Source: Alphaproteobacteria bacterium (GTDB lineage: Bacteria; Pseudomonadota; Alphaproteobacteria; UBA828). Taken from it: DNA of 64,000 bases. Position numbers and translations under genes: made by a program. A model generated the notes under the pieces. That model was not told the DNA's origin, searched no databases, and saw only the letters and a program-made list of their open reading frames with translations. The DNA is taken from assembly GCA_963667785.2 (NCBI GenBank), contig CAXXMU010000002.1, forward strand, positions 64,001-128,000, written 5' to 3'. Shown here piece by piece: positions 50,616 through 60,636 of this stretch. The stretch's first letter is position 1. Every line of letters starts with the position of its first letter.

Positions 50616-53600
50616 GCTGGGCGCGGCGTTCGGCGGTGCCGGCCTCGTCCACCGCGAGCGTGCCGTCCTCCGCGCTTCCCGTCAGTATCACGCCGTAGAC
50701 CGCGTGCGCGTGGTCCCGCGTCACATACCCCTCCACCACGTCTTCCAGCACCCTCGCGGGCTCGCGGGTGAGGGGGTCGCCGTAGCCGCTGCCGCCGTTG
50801 TCGACCGAGCGCACGAACTCACCCGGCCCGAGCGCCAGCATCACGCCGTTCGGCACCGGGTCCTCCGCGCCGTCCGCGTGCAGGTGCCCGTGGTAGGCGT
50901 GGTTGGCGTCGCCGCCGCCGCGCACGCCCTTCGGCGGGTTGATCGTGCCGCCGCCCATGATGCTCACGGTCATCGGGTCGCGGCGCGGGCCGAAGATGAC
51001 CTCGGTCGCGGGCCCGCCGCGCCTGCGCCCGGCGCCGCCCGAATCGGGCAGAAGGCGCTGGGAGCGGATCAGCATGGGGAAGCGCTGCTCGTCGAACTCG
51101 ATGCTGTCCCGGTGCAAGAGCCCGCAGCCGCCCGGCGTGAGCAGGTAGATCATTCCGTCATGCTCGGGTAGCGCCGGCCCGCCGCCGCCCATCAGGTAGA
51201 CCTGGTTGATGTACTCGGCCCCGCCGCGGCGCCAGTCCTTGCCGGAGACCACGCCCATGCCGGCCGAGAAGCAGAGATTGCCCTGCGCCAGCCCGTGGCC
51301 GTCGCCGAGCTGGGTGAAGGCCGACTGCACCAGGTTCACCACCACGTCCGCCATGTTGGTGGTCGCGAGCGAGCAGGAGTGGGGGAAGCGCGGGATGCCG
51401 ACGACGCAGCCCTCCCGCAGCTTCACCTCGAGGCAGCGGAAGCTGCCGGCGTTGGGCGGGATGTCGGCCTCCAGGTTCTCGAACACGCCCTGGATGCAGT
51501 TGGCGGTGGCGCAGGCCTCGGTGAGATTGAGACCGGCGTCGATGCAGTCCGGGTTGTCGCGGAGGTCCACGGTGATGCGGCCCTGCTCGGGATCGATCGC
51601 GACCTTGACCGTGATCTCCAGGCTCTCGGGCAGGAAGGGCTGCACCGGGTCGTGCATGCCGCTGTTGACCAGGGTGCCGGCCGGCAGCCTGCCGATGGCG
51701 TGGCGTGCGCGGCGCTCGGCATAGTCGAACCAGGCATCGATGAAGCGCCGAACCCGGGCGACGCCGTGCTTGGCCGCGAAGGCCTTGAGCCGGCGCTCGC
51801 CGATCCGCGCCGCGCCGAGCTGCGAGAGGTAGTCGCCGTACCACTGCTCCGGCACCCTGATGCGGCGGCGGCACATGCGCACGATGTCCTCGTTGTCGCG
51901 GAACTCCCGCTGTACCCGCACGCAGGGGAAGATCAACGCGCCTTCTTCGTACACGTCGCGGGCGCGCGGCGTGTAGGTGGTGGGGATGCTGTCGCCGCAA
52001 TCGGCCTGATGGCCCTTCACGGTGACGTTGAAGAGGTGCTCGCCCTCGCAGAAGACCGGCACGATGATGGACCAGTCGGCGGCGTGGCTGTTGCCGTCGT
52101 AGGGGTCGTTGTGGAGGTAGGCGTCGCCCTCCTGAAAATCCGGGTGCACGCGGCACATGGTCCTAGTCTGCAGGTGGGCGCCGTAGATGTGGGCGGGGAT
52201 GCCCTCGGCGGCCGCCAGCAGCTCGTTCGAGGCGGTGACGATGGCGCAGGAGAAATCGCGCGACTGGCCGATCACCGCCGAGCGTGCGGTGCGCATCACG
52301 ACGCCGGTCATCTCGCGCAGAATGGCGTCGATGCGGTTCCCCATGATCGCCACCTGCACCGGGTCGAGCGTTTCGTCGCCGTCGCCCCTTGCGGCCCGCG
52401 CCTGCGCCTCCTCGTCCGCCGCTTCCAGGATGTAGTTGGCGCCGGGCGAGACCCGCGCCCGCATCAGGGGATAGACCACCACGGTGGTGGTCGGCTCCTC
52501 GATGATGGCGGGGCCTGCGATCGTGTCGCCCGCGATGAGGCTTGCGCCTTCGTAGACCGGTGTCTCCAGGAACCCGGCATCGCCGAAATAGGCGCGCGTG
52601 ACACGCCGCGGTGCGCGTTCGCCGCGTCCTGCCGTGCCGTCGACGGCTGCGGCGGGCCTGGGCCGGTCGAGCAAGGCCGTGAGCCGGCCCTTCCAGTTCA
52701 GGCACTCGAGCAGCCCGTCCTCCTCCTTCACGCCGTAGAGCCGCTCGTGCACCTCGTGGAAGTGCCCGACCAGCGCGTCGACGGCCTCGCGGCCGGCGAA
52801 GCGGGCGGCGGGCATCGCGATCTCCGTCTCCCACTGCTGGTTGAGGTAGCGCGCATCGACGAAATAGTCCGTGCGGAAGCGGGCGATCCCACGCGCCCGG
52901 AGGCGGTCCGCGAACTCCTCCATGCGCTCGTCGATCGCCGCCAGGGTCTCGTTGACCGCCGCCTCGTCCCAGTGGTCGGTGCGGACGTAGTGGCTCGCGC
53001 TGAACTCGGCGACGATGTCCGAGTACTGCGCGCCGCAGGCGCTGAGCGCGCCTGCCGTCTTGGGCAGCAGCACCCGGGTGCAGCCGAGGGCGGCGGCGAT
53101 CGGCAGGATGTTGAGGCCGGCAGCGCCCCCGCCCGCCACCAGCACGCTCTCGCGCGGGTTGACCCCCTCGTTGACCGTGATCTCCTCGATCGCCTTGATC
53201 ATGGTCTCGCTGGCGAGCGTGAGGATGGCCGCGGCCGTCTCCTCCACCGCCTTGCCGAGGGCTGCGGCCAACGAGGCGACCGCGCGCCGGGCGGCATCCA
53301 CGTCCAGCGTCATGCGCCCGCCGAGGAAGGCGTCCGGGTCGATATAGCCGAGCACCACGGCGGCGTCGGTCACAGTGGCCGCATCTCCGCCCCGGCCGTA
53401 GCACGCAGGCCCCGGGTCGGCGCCGGCGCTCTCCGGGCCGACGCGCAGCAGCCCGCCCGGGTCGATCCAGGCGATGGACCCGCCGCCCGCGCCGACGCTC
53501 CTCACGTCGACCGAGGAGAGCCCCAGATTGTGGCCGGAGAAGAGCCCGCCGAGCCAAGTCTCGCGCGTGTACTTGACCGCGCCGTCGCGCACCATGCTCA

Positions 53601-54495
53601 CGTCGAAGGTGGTGCCGCCGGCGTCGACCACCAGCACGTTCCGGCCGAGTCCCTCGGCCTCGGCGTAGGCGATGCCGGCGAGCGGCGCCATCGCCGGGCC
53701 GGACTTGACCATGAAGATCGGCCGGTCGGCGACGTCCTCCACGTGCATCAGGCCGCCGGAGACGGTGCTGACCAGCAGCTCGCCGGCGAACCCGGCGGCG
53801 CCGAGGTCGTCGCTGAGCGCCCGCAGGTGGCGCTGCATGAGTGGCTTCAGCGAGGCGTCGATCGCGGCCGAGGATGCGCGCGGATATTCGCGCAGGATCG
53901 GGTTGAGCTGGTGAGACAGCGTGTAGGGAACCCCGGGCATCGCCTCCTCGATCAGGGCGCCCAGCCGCTCCTCGTGCGCCGGGTTCCTGATCGACCAGAG
54001 CAGGCAGACGGCGACGGCCTCCACACCCTGGCGCGCAAGCCGGGCGAGCGCCGCGCGCGCCGCATCCTCGTCGAGCGCGCGCTCCACCTCGCCTTCCGCC
54101 GTCACCCGCTCGGGAATCTCGGCCGTGAGGCGGCGCGGCACGTAGGGCTTGAGCGGGTCGATATGGAGCTCGAAGGGATGCAGCTTGCCGCCCTGGCGGT
54201 AGACCAGGATGTCGGGAAAGCCCTCGGTCACGAGCAGCGCCGTCTTCGCGGTCGTGCCGGTGACGATCGCGTTGGTCGCCCAGGTCGTGCCGTAGATCAG
54301 CACGTCCGTCTCGCCGATCAGCGCCTCGAAGGGAATTCCCAGGTTGCGGGCCGCATCGGCCAGCCCCGCTTTCACGCCATCGGCGCTGCGTGCCGGGGTG
54401 GACGGCGCCTTGCCGACCGTGAGCGCGCCGCCGGGCGCTGCGACGACGACATCGGTGAAGGTGCCGCCGGTATCGACGGCGATTCGATAGGGCAT
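50575..54495 (-). CDS. fused hydantoinase A/B (5-oxoprolinase family)
   Basis: DTGGTFTD, SGPA, GAGGGS, GPESAGADPGPACY, then B-domain RDFSCAI, NDPYDGNSH, GGSGYGDP. Confidence 0.93.
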   Translation of the reverse strand: MPYRIAVDTGGTFTDVVVAAPGGALTVGKAPSTPARSADGVKAGLADAARNLGIPFEALIGETDVLIYGTTWATNAIVTGTTAKTALLVTEGFPDILVYRQGGKLHPFELHIDPLKPYVPRRLTAEIPERVTAEGEVERALDEDAARAALARLARQGVEAVAVCLLWSIRNPAHEERLGALIEEAMPGVPYTLSHQLNPILREYPRASSAAIDASLKPLMQRHLRALSDDLGAAGFAGELLVSTVSGGLMHVEDVADRPIFMVKSGPAMAPLAGIAYAEAEGLGRNVLVVDAGGTTFDVSMVRDGAVKYTRETWLGGLFSGHNLGLSSVDVRSVGAGGGSIAWIDPGGLLRVGPESAGADPGPACYGRGGDAATVTDAAVVLGYIDPDAFLGGRMTLDVDAARRAVASLAAALGKAVEETAAAILTLASETMIKAIEEITVNEGVNPRESVLVAGGGAAGLNILPIAAALGCTRVLLPKTAGALSACGAQYSDIVAEFSASHYVRTDHWDEAAVNETLAAIDERMEEFADRLRARGIARFRTDYFVDARYLNQQWETEIAMPAARFAGREAVDALVGHFHEVHERLYGVKEEDGLLECLNWKGRLTALLDRPRPAAAVDGTAGRGERAPRRVTRAYFGDAGFLETPVYEGASLIAGDTIAGPAIIEEPTTTVVVYPLMRARVSPGANYILEAADEEAQARAARGDGDETLDPVQVAIMGNRIDAILREMTGVVMRTARSAVIGQSRDFSCAIVTASNELLAAAEGIPAHIYGAHLQTRTMCRVHPDFQEGDAYLHNDPYDGNSHAADWSIIVPVFCEGEHLFNVTVKGHQADCGDSIPTTYTPRARDVYEEGALIFPCVRVQREFRDNEDIVRMCRRRIRVPEQWYGDYLSQLGAARIGERRLKAFAAKHGVARVRRFIDAWFDYAERRARHAIGRLPAGTLVNSGMHDPVQPFLPESLEITVKVAIDPEQGRITVDLRDNPDCIDAGLNLTEACATANCIQGVFENLEADIPPNAGSFRCLEVKLREGCVVGIPRFPHSCSLATTNMADVVVNLVQSAFTQLGDGHGLAQGNLCFSAGMGVVSGKDWRRGGAEYINQVYLMGGGGPALPEHDGMIYLLTPGGCGLLHRDSIEFDEQRFPMLIRSQRLLPDSGGAGRRRGGPATEVIFGPRRDPMTVSIMGGGTINPPKGVRGGGDANHAYHGHLHADGAEDPVPNGVMLALGPGEFVRSVDNGGSGYGDPLTREPARVLEDVVEGYVTRDHAHAVYGVILTGSAEDGTLAVDEAGTAERRAQLTVCSAGEASQPA

Positions 54496-54550
54496 GGCGG
54501 GGCTCCGCGGCGCGAACGAGGCGCCCATTCTACAGACTCCGGCGGTTGAG

Positions 54551-54674
54551 CGAGCGCCCGGCGCCTGAGGGATATGAACGGGGCCGTCAGGCCCCAACGG
54601 CGCGACTGCGCCGCGCGCCGAAGGCGCGTAGCCAAGCGAGTGGAACGAGCGCCCGGCGCCTGAGGGATATGAAC
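54551..54674. repeat. 29-bp perfect direct repeat pair flanking a 66-bp hairpin-rich spacer
   Basis: CGAGCGCCCGGCGCCTGAGGGATATGAAC at 54551-54579 and 54646-54674. Confidence 0.85.
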
Positions 54675-54737
54675 AAATGTGGACGCCCTCTCGGCCCCGC
54701 GATAGTGTCGCGCCGCCAGTGAGAGAGGGGGCCTTTC

Positions 54738-55460
54738 ATGCGTCCATCCGGCCGTAGAGCGGACGAAATGCGCCAGGTCAGGCTGGAGCCCGGCGTGAGC
54801 AAGCATGCCGAGGGCTCTTGCCTGGTGTGCTTCGGTGACACGCAGGTGCTGTGCACGGCGAGCGTCGAGGAGCGTGTGCCGCCCTTCCTCCGCAACTCGG
54901 GGCGAGGCTGGGTCACCGGCGAGTATGGCATGCTGCCGCGCTCCACCGGCTCGCGGTCGGCCCGCGAAGCGGCGCGCGGGCGCCAGGGCGGGCGCACCCA
55001 GGAGATCCAGCGCCTGATCGGGCGCTCGCTCCGCGCCGTGACCGAGCTGGACGCCCTCGGCGAGCGTCAGATCACGCTGGACTGCGACGTCATCCAGGCC
55101 GATGGCGGCACCCGCACCGCAGCGATCACCGGCGCCTACGTGGCGCTGCATGCGGCGCTCGAGGGCCTCGTGGCATGCGGAGCGATCGAGCGGCCGCCGC
55201 TCGCGGACCAGGTCGCCGCCGTGAGCTGCGGCGTCGTCGGCGGCGAGGCGGTGCTCGATCTCGACTACGACGAGGACAGCAACGCGGACGCGGACGCGAA
55301 CTTCGTGCTCACCGCGGCAGGCGGGATCGTCGAGGTCCAGGGCACGGCGGAGGGCGACCCCTTCAGCGAGGCGCAGCTCCTCGCCATGCTGGCGCTCGCC
55401 CGCTCGGGCGCCGAGCGGCTCTTCGCCCTGCAGCGGGACGCGCTGGCCGGGGGAGGATAG
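54738..55460 (+). CDS. rph: ribonuclease PH
   Basis: [39 protein letters not shown]. Confidence 0.98.
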   Translation: MRPSGRRADEMRQVRLEPGVSKHAEGSCLVCFGDTQVLCTASVEERVPPFLRNSGRGWVTGEYGMLPRSTGSRSAREAARGRQGGRTQEIQRLIGRSLRAVTELDALGERQITLDCDVIQADGGTRTAAITGAYVALHAALEGLVACGAIERPPLADQVAAVSCGVVGGEAVLDLDYDEDSNADADANFVLTAAGGIVEVQGTAEGDPFSEAQLLAMLALARSGAERLFALQRDALAGGG

Positions 55461-55468
55461 GCGCTCTC

Positions 55469-56086
55469 ATGGCCCGACGGCTCGCGGCCTCGCGCCTGAT
55501 CGTGGCGAGCCACAACGCAGGCAAGGTGTGCGAGATCGAGGCGCTGCTCGGCCCCCTCGGTATCGAGACGGTGGGTGCTGCGGCGCTCGGCCTCGCGGAG
55601 CCGGAGGAGACCGGCGAGACCTTCGTCGCCAACGCGGCGCTCAAGGCCCGCGCGGCGGCCACAGCCAGCGGAGAGCCTGCGCTTGCGGACGATTCCGGCC
55701 TCGTGGTGCCGGCGCTCGACGGTGCGCCCGGCATCTATTCCGCCCGCTGGGCCGGGCCGGGGAAGGATTTCCGCGTGGCGATGGACCGTATCGAGCGGGA
55801 GCTGGCGGCCCGTGGGGTCGCGATCGTGGGCACGGCGGCCTATTTCGTCTGCTCTCTCTCCCTCGGCTGGCCCGACGGCCAGTGTGAGACGGTGGAGGGG
55901 CGGGTGGATGGCACGCTCACCTGGCCGCCGCGCGGCCCCCACGGCTTCGGCTACGACCCGATCTTCGTCCCCGAAGGCCATGCGCGCACCTTCGGCGAGA
56001 TGCCGCCCGAGGAGAAGCAGCCGTTGACCCACAGGGCGCGGGCCTTCGAGCGCCTCGTCGCGTCATGCCTGCAGCCCCCGCCGTGA
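55469..56086 (+). CDS. rdgB: non-canonical purine NTP pyrophosphatase
   Basis: [38 protein letters not shown]. Confidence 0.96.
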   Translation: MARRLAASRLIVASHNAGKVCEIEALLGPLGIETVGAAALGLAEPEETGETFVANAALKARAAATASGEPALADDSGLVVPALDGAPGIYSARWAGPGKDFRVAMDRIERELAARGVAIVGTAAYFVCSLSLGWPDGQCETVEGRVDGTLTWPPRGPHGFGYDPIFVPEGHARTFGEMPPEEKQPLTHRARAFERLVASCLQPPP

Positions 56087-57270
56087 GCGCCGCTGCCGAT
56101 CCGTTGCCCGGAGCCACGCCGGCCGCGCTCGCCCTCTATGTCCACTGGCCCTTCTGCCTCTCCAAGTGCCCGTACTGTGACTTCAACAGCCACGTCCGCG
56201 AGAGCGTCGATGAGGCCCGCTGGCAGCGCGCACTGCTCGCCGAGCTCGACCACTTCGCCGACATGCTGCCCGGCGCGACTGTCGCCAGCGTCTTCTTCGG
56301 CGGGGGTACGCCCTCGCTGATGCCGCCCGGCACCGCGGCCCGCATCATCGAGCGGGCGGCGGCGCGCTGGGTACTCGCGGCGGATGCCGAGATCACCCTC
56401 GAAGCTAACCCGACCTCGACCGAGGCGGCCCGGCTCGAGGATTTTCGCTCGGCCGGCGTGAACCGCGTCTCGCTCGGCGTGCAGGCGCTGGACGATGGCG
56501 CGCTCGGCTTCCTCGGGCGCGGGCACGACGCGGCCGAAGCGCGCGCTGCGGTCGCGCTGGCGCAGCGCATCATGCCGCGCAGCTCCTTCGACCTCATCTA
56601 CGCGCGGCCGGGCCAGACCGTCGAGGCATGGCGTGCGGAGCTGAACGAGGCGCTGGCCCTGGCCGGCGATCACCTGTCGCTCTACCAGCTCACCATCGAA
56701 AAGGGCACCCCCTTCTTCCGGCTGGAGCGCGAGGGCGCGTTCGCCCTGCCCGACGACGACCTCAGCCGCGCCCTCTTCGACCTGACGCAGGAGGCGACGG
56801 CGGCGGCCGGCTTCGCGGCCTACGAGGTCTCCAACCACGGGCGGGGCGGCGATGTCTGCCGACACAATCTCGCCTACTGGCGCTATGACGACTATGTGGG
56901 CATCGGGCCGGGCGCCCACGGCCGCATCCGGCCGGCAGGGGGCGGGCGGCAGGCGCTGCGCCAGCACGCCGGGCCGGAGGGCTGGCTTGCCGCCGTCGAG
57001 CGCGACGGCTTCGGTACCGCCGAGACCCGCCACTTGAGCGCGGACGAGCAGGCGCGCGAGATGCTGATGATGGGCCTTCGCCTGGCGGAAGGGGTGTCGG
57101 AATCGCGCCTGGCCGAGCGCACCGGCTGCGATCCCGACCGGGTGATCGACCGCGCCGGCCTCGACCGCCTCTGCCGGGCGGGCTACCTGGAGCGGCGGGG
57201 CGGGCGCCTCTGCGCCACCGCTGCCGGTCGGCCGCTCCTCAACAGCCTGCTGGTTACCCTGCTCGCCTGA
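56083..57270 (+). CDS. hemW: radical SAM heme chaperone HemW
   Basis: [35 protein letters not shown]; GTG overlaps rdgB stop. Confidence 0.93.
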   Translation: MSAAADPLPGATPAALALYVHWPFCLSKCPYCDFNSHVRESVDEARWQRALLAELDHFADMLPGATVASVFFGGGTPSLMPPGTAARIIERAAARWVLAADAEITLEANPTSTEAARLEDFRSAGVNRVSLGVQALDDGALGFLGRGHDAAEARAAVALAQRIMPRSSFDLIYARPGQTVEAWRAELNEALALAGDHLSLYQLTIEKGTPFFRLEREGAFALPDDDLSRALFDLTQEATAAAGFAAYEVSNHGRGGDVCRHNLAYWRYDDYVGIGPGAHGRIRPAGGGRQALRQHAGPEGWLAAVERDGFGTAETRHLSADEQAREMLMMGLRLAEGVSESRLAERTGCDPDRVIDRAGLDRLCRAGYLERRGGRLCATAAGRPLLNSLLVTLLA

Positions 57271-57298
57271 GCGGCTGGCGCCGCCCCAAGGGTGCGGG

Positions 57299-57988
57299 CT
57301 ACGGCCGGTCCGTCCCTGCGCGCGTCTGCATCGGGCCGGCGGCGGCACGGGCGGCCTCGCGGAGGCGCCGCAGCAGTCCCAGCTCGGGCGGGCGGAAGCG
57401 GGCGAGGCGCGCGCGCACGGTCTGGACGCGCATCACGTCGGCGATGCGGCGGTCGAGGAAGGCCCAGCTCGCCTCCGATCCCTCCGAGCTGTCGTTCAAC
57501 CAGTAGAGGAGCGTGGAGAGATAGACGCCCGCGAGCAGGGCGCGCTTGGAGTAGAAGCCGAAATCGGTGGTCCGGTCGCCCGTCGCGAACCAGATCGTGT
57601 CCACGGTGCGGTAGAGCGAGATCAGCGCGTGCGGGCCGTTGGCCGGTTGCGCCAGGATCGGCAGCGCGGCGCGAATCGCCTCCCGGTGCGCCGCGTTCTG
57701 CCCGAGCCTAAGCCGCACGGCATGCGCGATCCGCTCCCGCACCTTGAGCTCCGCCAGGTCGGTCTCTTCGAGCGCTTCCTCCAGGCGGCGGTCGGCGTAG
57801 GCCGCGTGGTAGATGACGAGAGCGACCGGGCCGCCGGGGAAGGCGTCGCGTGCCGCCTCGGGCTCCAGCTCGAGCTCGGCCGCCGCTGTCGTGAGCGCCG
57901 CATCGGACCAACCGTCGAACGGCACGTGGGGCAGCGCCGCGAGCAGTAGACGGTCGCGGGTCTCGTCCCCCGGAAGCGCCTGCCACAC
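57299..57988 (-). CDS. COQ9 family protein
   Basis: HVPFDGWS, FPGG, IW...GD...DF.FYSKR, FLDRRI. Confidence 0.88.
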   Translation of the reverse strand: MWQALPGDETRDRLLLAALPHVPFDGWSDAALTTAAAELELEPEAARDAFPGGPVALVIYHAAYADRRLEEALEETDLAELKVRERIAHAVRLRLGQNAAHREAIRAALPILAQPANGPHALISLYRTVDTIWFATGDRTTDFGFYSKRALLAGVYLSTLLYWLNDSSEGSEASWAFLDRRIADVMRVQTVRARLARFRPPELGLLRRLREAARAAAGPMQTRAGTDRP

Positions 57989-57991
57989 GGC

Positions 57992-58561
57992 TCAGGCCTC
58001 CTCCACCGGCCCCTCCCGGCCGAGCTCGCTGGTGAAGGCGAGGGTCGAGAGGTCGTTCATCCGCATGGGGTAGAGGATGCCGTCCAGGTGGTCGCACTCG
58101 TGCTGCACCACCCGCGCATGGAAACCGTGCGCCTCGCGCTCGCGAGCGCGGCCCTCGGTATCGGTCCAGCGATAGCGGATGCGGTCGTGGCGCGGCACCA
58201 GGCCGGCGAGACCGGGGAGCGAGAGGCACGCCTCCAGGTCCTCCACCATGTGCTCGCCGATGGGCTCGATCACCGGATTGATCAGGACCGTGGGCGATTC
58301 GAGCGCGGCCGGGTCCGCCCCGTCGCCGTCGTCCCCATCCGCGCCATCCGCCGTCTCGCGGCCGGGGGGCACGCGGAAGAGCACGAGGCGCAGCGGCACG
58401 TGCACCTGGGGCGCCGCGAGACCGGCGCCGTTCGCATCCGCGAGCGTCTCCATCATGTCCCCGATCAGGCGCGCGATCTCGGGCGCGGCCGGATCGGCGA
58501 CCGGTGCGGCCGCGCCGCCGAGCACGGGATGGCCCATGCGCGCGATCTTGAGGATTGCCAT
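57992..58561 (-). CDS. def: peptide deformylase
   Basis: GAGLAAPQV, EACLS, QHECDHLDG. Confidence 0.95.
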   Translation of the reverse strand: MAILKIARMGHPVLGGAAAPVADPAAPEIARLIGDMMETLADANGAGLAAPQVHVPLRLVLFRVPPGRETADGADGDDGDGADPAALESPTVLINPVIEPIGEHMVEDLEACLSLPGLAGLVPRHDRIRYRWTDTEGRAREREAHGFHARVVQHECDHLDGILYPMRMNDLSTLAFTSELGREGPVEEA

Positions 58562-58749
58562 GCCCCCTATATGGACCGCGCCGGGCCCGCCGTAAACCGC
58601 CGCACGGCGGCGAAGCGGCCGAGGCAGTAGCATCCGGCCCCGTTTTCGCCCGTCTGACCCGCGCGGACCGGGGGCAGCAGAGGGACTGGCGACAACATCT
58701 CAATTTCGGTATGCTCCGCCCCCGCTGCGGAACAATATTTCGAAATTCA

Positions 58750-59286
58750 ATGACCGGACCTGCCACCGCGCGGCTGCTGTTCCTCGTCCCGGCGCTCGTG
58801 GGCGTCGCCCTTCTCGGCGGCATCCAGGGAGCGGACGCCCAGCCGAAGCCCGAGCCCCTGGCGTCGAACGCGAACTGGGCGGCGCACAGCTACGTCACGG
58901 ACGGGAACAAGGTCTGCTACATGTACGCCAAGCCGGCCAACTCCAAGGGCAACTTCACGCGGCGCAGCCCGCCCAATGTCATGGTGACCCGGCGCCAGGG
59001 AAGCAGGACGACCGAGGAGGTGAGCGTGACCTCGGGCTATCCCTATCCGGCGAAGAAGCCTGTGAGGGTAACCATCGACGGCCGGCGCTTCAGTTTCGAC
59101 GTGACCCTGGACGAGCATGCCTGGGTGAGCGAAGAGTCGCTGGATGCGACGGTCGTCAAGGCCATGATCCGCGGCCGCGAGCTGACGGTGCGCGGAACCT
59201 CCCTCAAGGGCACCTATTCCGAAGACACGTACTCCCTCATCGGCTTTACCAAGATCCGCGACGCCATCGTCAAGGCGTGCCCCTAG
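58750..59286 (+). CDS. invasion-associated locus B (IalB) family protein
   Basis: Signal peptide; W...C Y, GY.., G.S.KGT...DTYSL.GF, terminal Cys; upstream of rlmN. Confidence 0.8.
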   Translation: MTGPATARLLFLVPALVGVALLGGIQGADAQPKPEPLASNANWAAHSYVTDGNKVCYMYAKPANSKGNFTRRSPPNVMVTRRQGSRTTEEVSVTSGYPYPAKKPVRVTIDGRRFSFDVTLDEHAWVSEESLDATVVKAMIRGRELTVRGTSLKGTYSEDTYSLIGFTKIRDAIVKACP

Positions 59287-60473
59287 ACCGGGGGCCGGGC
59301 GTGCAGCACCTGCCCGCCGCCGGCGACGAAGCCACCATCCGAGCGAACACCGTGCCCGACGAGCGCGAGAGCGTGATCGGGCTCACGCGCGACGAGCTCG
59401 CCGACCGCCTGCGCGCTCTCGACGTGCCGGCGGAGCGCGTGCCCATGCGGGTCAAGCAGCTCTGGCACTGGATTTACCACCGCGGCGCCACCGAATTCGA
59501 CGCCATGACCACGATCGGCGGCGCGCTCCGCGGCGCGCTGGCGGAGCGCCACACCCTGGCGCGCCCCGGGCTGGCGGCGGAGCAGCGCTCGGCGGACGGC
59601 ACGCGGAAGTGGCTGCTGCGCTTCGCCGACGGCCGGGAGGTTGAGACCGTCTATATCCCCGAGGAGGACCGCGGCGCGCTCTGCCTCTCCTCCCAGGTCG
59701 GTTGCACGCTCTCCTGCACCTTCTGCCATACGGGAACCCAGCGCCTGGTGCGCAACCTGACGGCGGGCGAGATCGTCGCGCAGGTCCTCGTGGCCCGCGA
59801 TTCCTACGGCGAGTGGCCGTCCCCGCGCGGGCCGCGCATGCTGTCCAACATCGTGATGATGGGCATGGGCGAGCCTCTCTTCAATTTCGACAATGTCGCG
59901 AGCGCGCTCCGTACCGTCATGGATCCGGAGGGCATCGCGCTCTCGCGCCGGCGGATCACGTTGTCCACCGCCGGCGTCGTGCCGATGATCGAGCGCTGCG
60001 GCGCCGAGCTCGGCGTGGGTCTCGCGGTCTCGCTCCACGCGGTGCGCGACGGGCTCCGCGACGAGCTCGTGCCCATCAACCGCAAGTACCCGATCGCCGA
60101 CCTGCTCGACGCCTGCCGCCGTTACCCCGGCGCCAGCAATGCGCGTCGCATCACCTTCGAGTACGTGATGCTGCGGGGCGTGAACGATACCGAGTCCGAC
60201 GCCCGCGAGCTGGTGCGGCTGATCGCGGGGATTCCGGCCAAGCTCAACCTGATTCCCTTCAATCCCTGGCCGGGTGCGCCCTACGAATGCTCGTCGGCGG
60301 ACGCGATCGAGAGGTTCGCGGCGATCGTCAACCGGGCGGGCTATGCGGCGCCGGTGCGCACCCCGCGCGGCCGCGACATCCTGGCGGCGTGCGGCCAGCT
60401 CAAGTCAGCGAGCGCCCCCCGCCCGCGTCGGCGCGGCGTCGCGGCGCAGCATGCGGGAGCGCCTGCCGGCTGA
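59277..60473 (+). CDS. rlmN: 23S rRNA m2A2503/tRNA m2A37 methyltransferase
   Basis: [36 protein letters not shown]; true start may be slightly downstream. Confidence 0.96.
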   Translation: MPLDRGPGVQHLPAAGDEATIRANTVPDERESVIGLTRDELADRLRALDVPAERVPMRVKQLWHWIYHRGATEFDAMTTIGGALRGALAERHTLARPGLAAEQRSADGTRKWLLRFADGREVETVYIPEEDRGALCLSSQVGCTLSCTFCHTGTQRLVRNLTAGEIVAQVLVARDSYGEWPSPRGPRMLSNIVMMGMGEPLFNFDNVASALRTVMDPEGIALSRRRITLSTAGVVPMIERCGAELGVGLAVSLHAVRDGLRDELVPINRKYPIADLLDACRRYPGASNARRITFEYVMLRGVNDTESDARELVRLIAGIPAKLNLIPFNPWPGAPYECSSADAIERFAAIVNRAGYAAPVRTPRGRDILAACGQLKSASAPRPRRRGVAAQHAGAPAG

Positions 60474-60487
60474 GCCGAGACTTGCCC

Positions 60488-60594
60488 TCCTCACCCCGGC
60501 CCTCTCCTCCCCCGGGCGGAGAGGGAGAGCATGCCGGTGCCGTCTGCGTCCCCTCTCCGCCCTTCGAGGGGGGAGAGGGACAGGGAGAGGTGGG
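60488..60594. repeat. REP-like double-hairpin core (copy 3)
   Basis: CCTCACCCCGGCCCTCTCC...GGAGAGGG...CCCTCTCC...GGAGAGGGACAGGGAGAGGTGG shared with the MITE cores; between convergent genes. Confidence 0.8.
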
Positions 60595-60636
60595 TGCCGT
60601 TCGTGCCGCCGCAATCCGGAAAGGTCGGAAGCTGCC

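Noticed and set aside
51295-54549. Long antisense ORFs (also 391-2661, 17646-19703, 20796-23012, 60274-62943)
   Set aside because: Shadow frames opposite well-supported genes, expected in high-GC DNA
54551-54674. CRISPR array
   Set aside because: Only two repeats, a 66-bp self-structured spacer and no cas genes in the window
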